Source: an uncultured Dehalococcoidia bacterium (lineage in GTDB: Bacteria; Chloroflexota; Dehalococcoidia; Lucifugimonadales; UBA3495). Taken from it: a stretch of 64,000 bases of DNA. The stretch is taken from NCBI GenBank assembly GCA_964629875.1, contig CAZVRK010000007.1, positions 169-64,168 of the forward strand. The letters are read 5' to 3'. The notes beneath the pieces are model-generated. The model searched no databases, was not told where the DNA came from, and saw only the letters and a list, made by a program, of their open reading frames with translations. Below, piece after piece: positions 25,162 to 34,403 of this stretch. Position 1 is the first letter of the stretch. Each line of letters starts with the position of its first letter. The translations under genes and the position numbers were made by a program.

Positions 25162-26856
25162 TTGAAACTTAAAGGTTCGGAAATAATTTGTGAAAGTCTT
25201 CTCAAAGAGGGTATTGATGTAATTTTCGGTCATCCGGGAGGCGCGATTCTGCCCTTCTATGATGCTTTGTGGAGTTATCCTCAACTAAAACATATTTTAG
25301 TGAGACATGAACAATCGGCAGCTCATGCCGCTGATGGATATGCTCGTATGACTGGTAAACCAGGTGTGTGTGTCGCTACCTCCGGCCCAGGAGCTACTAA
25401 CTTGGTAACCGGTATCATGAATGCTCGGGCGGATTCTATTCCTATGGTTTGTATAACAGGACAGGTATCAAGACCGGTTTTAGGGTCTGAAGCTTTTCAG
25501 GAATGTGATATCTGTTCTATAGCAGCAGCATGTTCAAAGCGAACATATCTGGTGATGTCGACCGATGACCTGGCGTCGACTATACACGAAGCGTTCAGGA
25601 CTGCAGTATCTGGGAGGCCAGGGCCGGTTCTGGTAGATGTCCCACGAGATGTACAACTGGAACTTGCTGAATTCACTTATCCTGAAACACCAGGTTGTGT
25701 TATTGAACCTGAGCCACTATCCGAAGAAATACTTAGTAATGTTAAGCGAGCCGCACAACTTATAAATCAGTCAGAACGACCAGTCATTATAGGTGGCCAT
25801 GGTGTTGTCATGTCTCGGGCTTTCGAGGAAGTAAAAGACCTCGCAGAAACTACTGGTATACCGGTTATAAACACATTGCTCGGATTAAGTGGGTTTCCTA
25901 GAACCCATGAACTGAGCTTAGGGATGCTCGGTATGCATGGTATGTACTGGAATAATATGATCATAGAGCAATCTGATTTGATCGTTGGTCTTGGTATGAG
26001 ATTTGATGATCGAGTTACCGGAAAGGCTTCTACTTTTGCGCCACATGCTAGGATTATTCATTTAGATATTGAAGGTTCTCAGATAGGGCGTAATGTACCT
26101 GTAGAAGTACCACTTCAAGGAGATGCCAAAACCATACTCAAGTCACTAGTACCCTTGGTGGAAAAGGTTGATAGACCAGAGTGGATGGCTTATATAAATG
26201 AGACTAGGGACAATCATCCTTCATTGGCTATTCCTAGCTCTGAGAATCTACAAGCCCAAGAGGTTCTGGTTGAAATCAATCGATTGATCCAGGAAAACCC
26301 AGAAACGGTTGTTGTAACAGGTGTAGGTCAGCACCAAATGTGGGCAGCTCAATTTCTGGAGTTCAACAATAGTAATACTTTTGTGTCTTCAGGTGGGTTA
26401 GGTACTATGGGATTCGAACTTCCTGCAGCCATGGGAGCTCAATTGGGTAGACCGGGTGCTCCTGTTTGGAGTATTGCTGGGGACGGAGGCTTCCAAATGA
26501 CTTTACAAGAGCTAGCAACTGTTGCTCAAGAGAAAATGCCTTTGAAAATAGCGTTATTCAACAATGGTATTTTGGGAATGATAAGGCAGTGGCAAGAACT
26601 GTTTTTTGAACAACATTTGAAAGAAACTCCTATTCCTGGACCTGACTATGTCAAATTAGCTAATTCTTTTGGTATTCCAGCGGTCAAGGTTAGTCATCAA
26701 GAAGACGTAATGCCGGCATTACGAGCTGCAAATGCGGAAGACGGGCCTTACCTGATTGAATTCGTAGTTGATTCTGAATCTCATGTGTATCCCATGGTTC
26801 CACCGGGTGGTGGACTTGGCGACACTCTAGAAGACCCGTTGACACGAGTACAGTAA
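25162..26856 (+). CDS. ilvB: Acetolactate synthase (acetohydroxyacid synthase) large subunit
   Basis: TTG 25162 lies 6 nt after GGAGG (25151-25155). GHPGGAILPFYDAL, GLGTMGFELPAAMGA and GDGGFQM TPP motifs. Confidence 0.9.
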   Translation: MKLKGSEIICESLLKEGIDVIFGHPGGAILPFYDALWSYPQLKHILVRHEQSAAHAADGYARMTGKPGVCVATSGPGATNLVTGIMNARADSIPMVCITGQVSRPVLGSEAFQECDICSIAAACSKRTYLVMSTDDLASTIHEAFRTAVSGRPGPVLVDVPRDVQLELAEFTYPETPGCVIEPEPLSEEILSNVKRAAQLINQSERPVIIGGHGVVMSRAFEEVKDLAETTGIPVINTLLGLSGFPRTHELSLGMLGMHGMYWNNMIIEQSDLIVGLGMRFDDRVTGKASTFAPHARIIHLDIEGSQIGRNVPVEVPLQGDAKTILKSLVPLVEKVDRPEWMAYINETRDNHPSLAIPSSENLQAQEVLVEINRLIQENPETVVVTGVGQHQMWAAQFLEFNNSNTFVSSGGLGTMGFELPAAMGAQLGRPGAPVWSIAGDGGFQMTLQELATVAQEKMPLKIALFNNGILGMIRQWQELFFEQHLKETPIPGPDYVKLANSFGIPAVKVSHQEDVMPALRAANAEDGPYLIEFVVDSESHVYPMVPPGGGLGDTLEDPLTRVQ

Positions 26857-26932
26857 TAGTAATAATTTATGGTGGATATAATCCAATAACATGGGGATAA
26901 TATTTTTATATTCTGAGGGATGAGGTTGCATC

Positions 26933-27340
26933 ATGGAATGGGTCTCTATACAGGAAGCTTCTCATATATTGAATGTTTCTCAAGATGTGATTCGTCGCTA
27001 TGCTAGGGACGGCAGGCTTAACGCAAAAAAACAAGCGAAAGAGACCGGAGGCACTTCTTGGGTCGTGGAACTTCCAGATGGACCTTGGGAAGATGATTTT
27101 AAAGAAAATGTTCATAGCATTGCCCAGAGATTAACCCCTTGGTGGTGGTCTACTCCAGACAAAGAAGGGGTGGTACATTATGTGGATGGTCTAGGTATTG
27201 AAGAGATAGAAGCCCTGTTCATGTGTGGGCTAATGACGAACAATATTTATTCAGCTGTTGGTCATGATCTATCTGACAGATGTCCTGAATGTATTGAAGA
27301 GGTTGTTAAACAAGGATTGCCAATGGAGACTCGAGAGTAG
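26933..27340 (+). CDS. Hypothetical protein with N-terminal excisionase/MerR-like helix-turn-helix
   Basis: WVSIQEASHILNVSQDVIRRYARDGRL looks like an HTH_17-type DNA-binding helix pair. The remainder is Trp-rich and contains CPEC. Confidence 0.45.
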   Translation: MEWVSIQEASHILNVSQDVIRRYARDGRLNAKKQAKETGGTSWVVELPDGPWEDDFKENVHSIAQRLTPWWWSTPDKEGVVHYVDGLGIEEIEALFMCGLMTNNIYSAVGHDLSDRCPECIEEVVKQGLPMETRE

Positions 27341-27341
27341 A

Positions 27342-27968
27342 TCAGATAACACGGTAGACCCATATTTGATGGTAGGCGTCCGGCTCCCCTTTTGGTAACG
27401 CCTGGAATGGTTCGGTGCATTCTACTAGTTCCCACTTCATGGCACTGGAGAGTGTATCCTGCTTGTCTTTGAACCCCGCTGGTTCATAGATGTCGGATCT
27501 AAGGCTGAACGCTATGTAACCACCTGGTTTGGTCACCCTCACTATTTCGTCTAGAGAGTGCGGAGGAGCGTGCCCTATTGTTAAAACCCCCACTGTTATA
27601 GCTGCGTCAAAATGATCCGATGGAAACGCCAATTCATCTCCCATAACCATTTGATGAAGTTCCGAATACACCTGTTTTTTAGATGCCTGTTCCAGCATCC
27701 CTGTAGAGAGGTCCATGGCTACTAAATTTGTGCATCCGGCTGCGTGTAGGAGTAGGCCTACTAGGCCTGTGCCTGCTCCAGCATCTAGTATTATTGAATT
27801 AGAGTGAATATACGGTAACAAAGATGCTACAGCTCGTTCGTGGCCATTCCATTCAAAGTCATTTTCAAGGTCCGTTTCGTAATCGTTTGCCCATTCATCG
27901 TATCTTGCTGATAATTCGCTGTTATTAGTCGAAGAGTAGATCCACTGGACTTTATTCTGTTCTTCCAT
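27342..27968 (-). CDS. Class I SAM-dependent methyltransferase
   Basis: Motif I ILDAGAGTGLVG and post-I acidic MDLS. Confidence 0.8.
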   Translation of the reverse strand: MEEQNKVQWIYSSTNNSELSARYDEWANDYETDLENDFEWNGHERAVASLLPYIHSNSIILDAGAGTGLVGLLLHAAGCTNLVAMDLSTGMLEQASKKQVYSELHQMVMGDELAFPSDHFDAAITVGVLTIGHAPPHSLDEIVRVTKPGGYIAFSLRSDIYEPAGFKDKQDTLSSAMKWELVECTEPFQALPKGEPDAYHQIWVYRVI

Positions 27969-28126
27969 CTGTAACCTACCTATCTTTAGTAACCTTATCG
28001 TGTGTCGGGCTTTTGGCTACGTCGCAATTGGATATTCTATTATCGGGTATTAATGCCTACTTCATTACTTGCTTTATAGTGTCTGTAAAAGTAATGTACT
28101 AAACACGATTATATCAGAGGAGAAAT

Positions 28127-29686
28127 ATGTCTGACCTATTGATTCGTAATGGCCGCATAGTTGACGGTACAGGTTCAAAATCATTTTCCGGTAGTCTAAG
28201 TATTGATGGAGATACAATAACTATAATCACAGGAGATACTTCGGATATAGAAGCTGATCGGATTATTGATGCTGATAACTACATAGTATGCCCCGGGTTT
28301 ATCGATATGCATTCTCATTCTGATCTGATGCTGTTAAATGAGCCTTTTCATGAACCTAAGGTTAGACAAGGTGTTACTACAGAGGCACTCGGCATGGATG
28401 GTCTATCTTATGCTCCTTCTTCGACTGTTAACTTGGAACTGTTGTTGGGGTATCTGTCTGCTATAAATGGGACTGCTCCTGAAGGTGTTAGGTGGAGCAG
28501 CGTCAGTGACTTTTTGCAACTGTTTGATAATAAGTGTTCGTGCAATGTTGTGTATTTTGTTCCACATGCTGCTATTAGAGTCGAGGCTATGGGTTGGGAT
28601 GCCAGACCTCCCAATGCCGCTGAGCAGATGAAAATGCAAGAATTGGCCATCCAAGGTATGAGAGACGGGGCATTTGGATTTTCTACCGGATTGACCTATG
28701 CTCCGGGTGCGTACAGTGATACCGAGGAATTGGTCGGAGTATGTCGGGCAATCAGGGATACAGGTGGGATATATGTGTCACACGCCAGATATTCTCTTGG
28801 AGATAGGCTCCTAGATCCCTTCCGAGAAGTGCTTACAATAGGTAGGCAAAGTGGTATTCCCGTCCATATATCGCATTACCATAATCCTGTTGATGGGATG
28901 GGTCAGAAGATGATTGGGCTAGTTGATGAAGGCAGGAGTTCGGATATCGACGTTACATTTGATCAGTATCCATATCCAGCCGCGAGTACAGTATTACATT
29001 CACTACTACCGATCTGGGTGCATGATGGCGGACCAACCGCACTAATGAATCGTATTAAACAACGTAGTGTGCGTGATGAGATAGGTGATTCTGTAGATCC
29101 GCAATGGGGAATGACTCTCGATCATTACATAATTAGTAACGTTAAAACAGATGCTAATAAAGAATGGGAAGGCAGATCGCTAACAGATCTTGCGGATGCG
29201 AGAGGGCAAAGGATGATAGACGCAATTTGCGAAATTTTGATTCAAGAAGATCTGGAGGTTGCGTTTGTAGCCAGGACTGGGAATAACGAAAACATTAGAA
29301 CCATCGTAAAACATGATGCTCAAATGGTGGGATCTGACGGTATTATGACTGGGGACTATCCTAATCCAAGAACCTATGGCACGTTTCCTTTTATTTTGGA
29401 TAGACTAGTTCGCCAAGAAGCAATATTATCATTGGAAGAAGCAGTACGAAAAATGACCTTTATGCCTGCTCAGAGATTAGGGCTAAAGGATAGAGGTGTA
29501 CTCCGTGATGGTATGAAAGCGGATATTGTAATGTTTAATCCTGATACGGTCGCTGCACCAGCTACTTTTGAAGATCCAAAACAGTTTCCATCTGGCATAG
29601 ATTATGTGATAGTCAACGGTCAACTGGTTATTGACTCTGGAATTCATACCAAAGCTCTGCCAGGAAAATCATTGAAGTCTCAATAG
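28127..29686 (+). CDS. N-acyl-D-amino-acid deacylase (D-aminoacylase, amidohydrolase superfamily)
   Basis: DLLIRNGRIVDGTG...VCPGFIDMHSHSD N-terminus. The length of 519 aa fits the family. Confidence 0.8.
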   Translation: MSDLLIRNGRIVDGTGSKSFSGSLSIDGDTITIITGDTSDIEADRIIDADNYIVCPGFIDMHSHSDLMLLNEPFHEPKVRQGVTTEALGMDGLSYAPSSTVNLELLLGYLSAINGTAPEGVRWSSVSDFLQLFDNKCSCNVVYFVPHAAIRVEAMGWDARPPNAAEQMKMQELAIQGMRDGAFGFSTGLTYAPGAYSDTEELVGVCRAIRDTGGIYVSHARYSLGDRLLDPFREVLTIGRQSGIPVHISHYHNPVDGMGQKMIGLVDEGRSSDIDVTFDQYPYPAASTVLHSLLPIWVHDGGPTALMNRIKQRSVRDEIGDSVDPQWGMTLDHYIISNVKTDANKEWEGRSLTDLADARGQRMIDAICEILIQEDLEVAFVARTGNNENIRTIVKHDAQMVGSDGIMTGDYPNPRTYGTFPFILDRLVRQEAILSLEEAVRKMTFMPAQRLGLKDRGVLRDGMKADIVMFNPDTVAAPATFEDPKQFPSGIDYVIVNGQLVIDSGIHTKALPGKSLKSQ

Positions 29687-29712
29687 TGAAAACAAAAATG
29701 GTAATAATAAAT

Positions 29713-29738
29713 AAAACCCCTCATGAATGAGGGGTTTT
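29713..29738. terminator. Bidirectional terminator between convergent genes
   Basis: AAAACCCCTCA (29713-29723), loop TGAA, TGAGGGGTTTT (29728-29738). Confidence 0.75.
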
Positions 29739-29786
29739 ATGGTATGTCCTAAGAGTATTTGAGTGCTAAGTGTACATATGAATATT

Positions 29787-30551
29787 TTAGCGGCCTTTCC
29801 AAACAGGAGCTCTCTTTTCAGCAAAGGCCTTTACACCTTCTTCGGCATCTTCAGTGTGGAGTATTACATCTCTCTTCATTTGAGCGAATGCTACACGGCG
29901 CTCTAGGTCCATGGCTGCTCCCATAATGGACGACTCTTTGATCGCTGCTAATGATAATGGTGCGTTAGCTACTATCTTTCGAGCAATTTCTTCTGCACGC
30001 GGTAACACTTGGTCAGGTTCTACCACATGGTTCACTAACATCAACTCACGAGCTTTTTCTGCGTCTATAAAGTCTCCTGTAAATAAGATCTCGAAGGCAA
30101 TGTTTTTCGGTAGCACCTGGGCCAATAAAGCCGGACCGCTTACGGATGCTATACCTCTTTTTACTTGTGGCCATCCAAACTGAGCTTCAGTCGAAGCTAT
30201 TCTTATATCGCTACCTAAAGCAAGTCCACATCCTTGTGCTAGGCAAACACCATTTATTGCAGCGATTATAGGTTTCCAAATATTTGATTGAACTACGTAT
30301 AGGTCACCTGTACTTGGGCCCTCGTTAGCACGCGCATTTGCCATTGCTACTAAATCGTGACCGGTGGAAAATGCCCTGCCGTTACCAGTCACAATAGCGC
30401 ATCGGACCTCGGGATTATTTTTAACGTCTTGGAATGAGTCCCAAAGAATTTGGCGCATTGGAGGGTCTATAGCGTTAAGTTTTTCTGGTCGGTTAAGGGT
30501 TATGAAAGCTATTCCATCTTTTATTTCGTATAATGCTTCAGGTTCTGGCAC
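29787..30551 (-). CDS. Enoyl-CoA hydratase/isomerase (crotonase) family protein
   Basis: AFITLNRPEKLNAI, GNGRAFSTGHDL and INGVCLAQGCGLAL. Confidence 0.9.
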   Translation of the reverse strand: MPEPEALYEIKDGIAFITLNRPEKLNAIDPPMRQILWDSFQDVKNNPEVRCAIVTGNGRAFSTGHDLVAMANARANEGPSTGDLYVVQSNIWKPIIAAINGVCLAQGCGLALGSDIRIASTEAQFGWPQVKRGIASVSGPALLAQVLPKNIAFEILFTGDFIDAEKARELMLVNHVVEPDQVLPRAEEIARKIVANAPLSLAAIKESSIMGAAMDLERRVAFAQMKRDVILHTEDAEEGVKAFAEKRAPVWKGR

Positions 30552-30660
30552 AATCGTATCTCCTTATTGTTTTGTTTATATGTAATGCTACGGTTAGTGG
30601 TGTTCTGTTATAGCGATATCAGTGTTTACCTAAGAGCCACGGTTTTCAGTTTAGTACATG

Positions 30661-31935
30661 TTAAATAATACGGGAACCTGTTGGTTTTGTCCCTATAACT
30701 CCAGTTTGCTCCAAGTCTGTGATTTCTGAATCAGTTAACCCAAGGAATTCACTGTATACAGTATGGTTGTGCTGTCCTAAGGTCGGGGCAGGCCAATGTA
30801 CTTGTCCAGGCGTAAGAGACATTTTCCAAGCAAACCCGGGATACCATTTCGGTCCTACCTGTGGGTGATCTACATTGTTAAAGGTGTTTCTTTCTGAAAA
30901 GTGTGGATCTTCCAGAAGGTCGGGACCACGAAGAACGGGACCACTGGGAACACCAGCTTCCTGTAGTTTATGAACTATATCGTACATCTCGTGCTCGACT
31001 GTCCAGTTGCTGATTATATTATCTAATTCGTCCTGGTTTAACAGACGCTGTTCGTTGTTTGAAAATGTGTCCGTTGAATGTAATTGCGGATCGTCTATTA
31101 CATTTACAAGATTTTTCCATTCCGATTCATTTGTTACAGCGATAGTGACCCAACGGTCATCGCCGCTGCAGGGATATATGTTATGAGGTGAAAAATATGG
31201 TGAATGATTTCCTATACGTTCCGGTTCAGAACCGCTAATCTGATAGCTGATGACTTCTCCTCCTATGAGTGAGACAGCTGATTCTTGTTGGGAAACGTCT
31301 ACGAACATACCCTTGCCAGTTTTCTTACGATACCTCAGCGCTGCCAATACAAGTCCTGCAGCGTGGGATCCGGTTATAGGGTCTCCGTGATTAATTCCCG
31401 ACTTCATGGGACCGTCATTTTCGTATCCTGTCATGTGAGCCATACCACATAGTTGTTCCTGTCCAATCCCATATGCAACGTATCCTTTCCATGGTCCACT
31501 GTTTCCAAATGCTGGCATGGATACGTAAATAATGTCTGGTCTAATGGATTTTAGTTTTTCGTAATCGTATCCTAGTCTTTCAAGACTGCCTTGCCTAAAA
31601 TTTTCTACAACTACGTCACTTATCGATACAAGTTCTTCGAAGACTTTTCTCCCTGAAGCTTCTGTAAGTTCCAAACTTATACCGTATTTACTCATATGGA
31701 GACAGTTGAACCACCCGTTTCGGTTCCATGGTTCGTCGCCAGGCTCTGAGTCAGGATAGGCAGCAATTCCGGGAGCAGGGGTCACTGGTCCCCTGTGGGA
31801 GTCATATACACGTAGGGATTCCATCTTGATAACTTGTGCTCCCATATCTGCCATTAGTTTCGTGCAATATGGCCCTGCCCATATTCGTGATAGGTCAAGT
31901 ATTCTGTAGTTTTGGAGAGGCTGATTATTTTCCAT
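30661..31935 (-). CDS. Family III (CaiB/BaiF) CoA-transferase, catalytic Asp retained
   Basis: ILDLSRIWAGPYCTKLMADMGAQVIKME. The NHGDPITG motif keeps the Asp equivalent to Asp169 of CaiB/Frc. Its ATG directly abuts the upstream stop (31935/31936). Confidence 0.9.
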   Translation of the reverse strand: MENNQPLQNYRILDLSRIWAGPYCTKLMADMGAQVIKMESLRVYDSHRGPVTPAPGIAAYPDSEPGDEPWNRNGWFNCLHMSKYGISLELTEASGRKVFEELVSISDVVVENFRQGSLERLGYDYEKLKSIRPDIIYVSMPAFGNSGPWKGYVAYGIGQEQLCGMAHMTGYENDGPMKSGINHGDPITGSHAAGLVLAALRYRKKTGKGMFVDVSQQESAVSLIGGEVISYQISGSEPERIGNHSPYFSPHNIYPCSGDDRWVTIAVTNESEWKNLVNVIDDPQLHSTDTFSNNEQRLLNQDELDNIISNWTVEHEMYDIVHKLQEAGVPSGPVLRGPDLLEDPHFSERNTFNNVDHPQVGPKWYPGFAWKMSLTPGQVHWPAPTLGQHNHTVYSEFLGLTDSEITDLEQTGVIGTKPTGSRII

Positions 31936-33138
31936 TTAAACCACCCCATCAGAGCGCAAAGATTGGAATTCGTCCTGTGAGTATCCTAGTCTTTTACATA
32001 TGATTGCTTCTGTATGTTCTCCGAGAAGTGGGGCCCTTTGATACACCCACGTAGCGATTTCTGTGTGCGGGCTAATAGGTGGGCCGGGATATTTTAATGT
32101 TCCAGCAATAGGGTGGTCTAGGTCAACAAAATAATCTCTGGCTTCTAGTTGTTCCATTTCAAGAATATCCTGCATATTGGCTACAAAGGAAAATCCTAAC
32201 CCGTGTTCCTGGCCGGCTTTAAATATGTCGACCTTGTTGTTGTCTAATAACCATGGCAACATCAAAGCATCTACTTCATCAGCGTATAATAAACGGCCTT
32301 GTCTGGATGCGTATTTCTCCTCTCCGAGTTCTTCACGGTCCATTATGTTGGATACTTCGGGCCAATTCTGATCTGGTCCGGCAATTATCCCGACGTAGCC
32401 GTCACCGCATGGATATATACCCCATGCTGCACGTCCGTAGCCTCTATTACCTACTCTCGAATATTCTTGACCGGAGTAGCTATATTGCATCAGGGCGTTT
32501 TCGAGGACATTGGTGGCATATTCTGCGATAGCTATATCTATATGTTGTCCTAAACCGGTTTCTTCTGCGTACATTAATGCAGTCATGCTAGCTACGAAAG
32601 CATTCTGACCAGTACCTAATTGTGCTAAGGGCGCTCCCTCCTTTAATGGAGTATCTTCGGGTTCCCCTGTTATATTCATTAATCCGCCGGTTGCATATAG
32701 ATTAAGTTCAGTTCCTTTCCAATCTTTATATGGCCCTGTCTGGCCATAGTTTGATATAGACGTTACCACTAGTTGTGGATTTAGCTCGTGTAATTCGTCG
32801 TAGCTTAGGCCTAGGCCATCAATAGTATTTGGGGAGAAATTTTCGACTAGTATATCGGCTGATTTGATGAGGTCCTTTAAAATCTCTCTTCCTTGGTCTG
32901 ATTTAATATCTAGAGTTACGCTTTGTTTGGAGGTGTTGAGGTAAAGAAACCATGCGCCAGAATCAATAGTTGCTGCCTCGGAGGCAAAAGGCCCATAACG
33001 TCGGATAGGATCACCGTTGCTAGGAGATTCTATCTTAATAACTTCTGCGCCGAGGGTGGCAAATAACTTAGTACAATAAGGTCCGGAAAAATAACGTGAG
33101 AGGTCAATTACTTTAACCCCTTCCAATAAACCAGGCAT
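31936..33138 (-). CDS. Family III CoA-transferase paralogue with Gln at the catalytic Asp position
   Basis: VIDLSRYFSGPYCTKLFATLGAEVIKIE. The motif reads PLAQLGTG where paralogues have x-x-x-D-x-x-T-G. The start is taken at ATG 33138 (MPGLLEGVKV). Confidence 0.85.
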   Translation of the reverse strand: MPGLLEGVKVIDLSRYFSGPYCTKLFATLGAEVIKIESPSNGDPIRRYGPFASEAATIDSGAWFLYLNTSKQSVTLDIKSDQGREILKDLIKSADILVENFSPNTIDGLGLSYDELHELNPQLVVTSISNYGQTGPYKDWKGTELNLYATGGLMNITGEPEDTPLKEGAPLAQLGTGQNAFVASMTALMYAEETGLGQHIDIAIAEYATNVLENALMQYSYSGQEYSRVGNRGYGRAAWGIYPCGDGYVGIIAGPDQNWPEVSNIMDREELGEEKYASRQGRLLYADEVDALMLPWLLDNNKVDIFKAGQEHGLGFSFVANMQDILEMEQLEARDYFVDLDHPIAGTLKYPGPPISPHTEIATWVYQRAPLLGEHTEAIICKRLGYSQDEFQSLRSDGVV

Positions 33139-33265
33139 AAACGAGGGCCCTTTCAGAATATCTGAGATATTGTTGCATTGGCAGTTATTAAATGCAAGCA
33201 AGGTGATCTTATATTACCAACGCTATCGAGAGTATAATGGGTTAACCGAAATTGGAAGGTTACAT

Positions 33266-34372
33266 ATGGAAAAACCGACATTTCAGCCGCTAGGGACACA
33301 CGTAATGGAATTGGATACGCCAGCATTGGTTCTGGATATGGAAGCACTAGATTTTAATATTAACCAGATGTCCTCAATGATTGGCCATGGTGATGTGGGA
33401 ATTCGTTCACATGTTTCTACGTATGGTTGTCCGGCTATTGCACATTTATATGCTGATAAATTTCCTGGCAATTGTGGAATAGCTGTGAGCACCATCGGTG
33501 AGTGCGAAGTTTTTGCTAATTCAGGATTTTCGGACATCTTAATTACAAACCAAGTCATCACTAAATCCAAGATTCTTAGACTTTGCAGCGTTGCGGTTAA
33601 TCACTCAGTCCAGGTGCTTGTGGATAGTCCTCAAAATGCTAGAGACCTCTCCGGCGTAGCGGTAAATAGTGCAGTCACAATTGGCTGCAAGATTGAGATT
33701 AATGTTGGCTTAGGCCGTGGCGGTCTTTCAGACACCAGAGAGATAAGAGAATTAGCTAACTTGATTTTGGGTCTGGATAATTTAGAGCTCACGGGTATGA
33801 CTGCAAATTTTTTGCCGCTACATGTCTCATCCATATCGACAGAACACGATATAGCGACTCTCCTTAGTGTATTCATAGATACTGTCAAGCAGGCGGTTGA
33901 TATGGACGCCAAAGACGGGTTTCTGAGCGTACGCTCCACTGAAGGTTTCCTGGATATATTAGGTGCTTCAGAGATTAGTGAAATCCAAATAGACACAGTG
34001 CCATTGATGGACCATAAGTCTCTACAAGTTAATCCACAGTTTAAACCCTCGGTCAAAGTACTCTGCTCAGTGCTCAGCCAACCGATTCCCTCGCGAGTCG
34101 TTGTAGACGCAGGTCACAAAACCACTGGGCCAGATATCGGGCTCCCTGTTGTGGACGGATTGAACGGTATTGAAGCTGTGAAATTCAGTGCTGAACATGG
34201 AGCTTTGGAAGTTGATGAAAATTCTGCACAGGTTTTATCCCCTAATGATAAAGTTTGGTTGATACCCTTTGATTTGAGTCTATGCACTAACCAGTTTGAC
34301 TATTTTAGGGTTGTTCGAAAAGATGTATTAGGCGGATTATGGCCAATATCATCAAGAGGATTGTTCGGGTAG
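33266..34372 (+). CDS. D-threonine aldolase/D-serine dehydratase (DSD1) family paralogue lacking the PLP lysine
   Basis: ATG 33266 follows GGAAGG. LDTPALVLDMEALDFNI N-terminus and C-terminal SAEHG. The motif IRSHVSTYGCPAIA has Ser51 where the family has Lys. Confidence 0.8.
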   Translation: MEKPTFQPLGTHVMELDTPALVLDMEALDFNINQMSSMIGHGDVGIRSHVSTYGCPAIAHLYADKFPGNCGIAVSTIGECEVFANSGFSDILITNQVITKSKILRLCSVAVNHSVQVLVDSPQNARDLSGVAVNSAVTIGCKIEINVGLGRGGLSDTREIRELANLILGLDNLELTGMTANFLPLHVSSISTEHDIATLLSVFIDTVKQAVDMDAKDGFLSVRSTEGFLDILGASEISEIQIDTVPLMDHKSLQVNPQFKPSVKVLCSVLSQPIPSRVVVDAGHKTTGPDIGLPVVDGLNGIEAVKFSAEHGALEVDENSAQVLSPNDKVWLIPFDLSLCTNQFDYFRVVRKDVLGGLWPISSRGLFG

Positions 34373-34403
34373 ATAAGTTAGCGTATATCTAGGAGATGAT
34401 TGG

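Noticed and set aside
25060-25284. 74-aa minus-strand ORF from the track
   Set aside because: It lies across the T-box terminator and the ilvB start. It has no RBS and a low-complexity sequence, so it is a shadow ORF.
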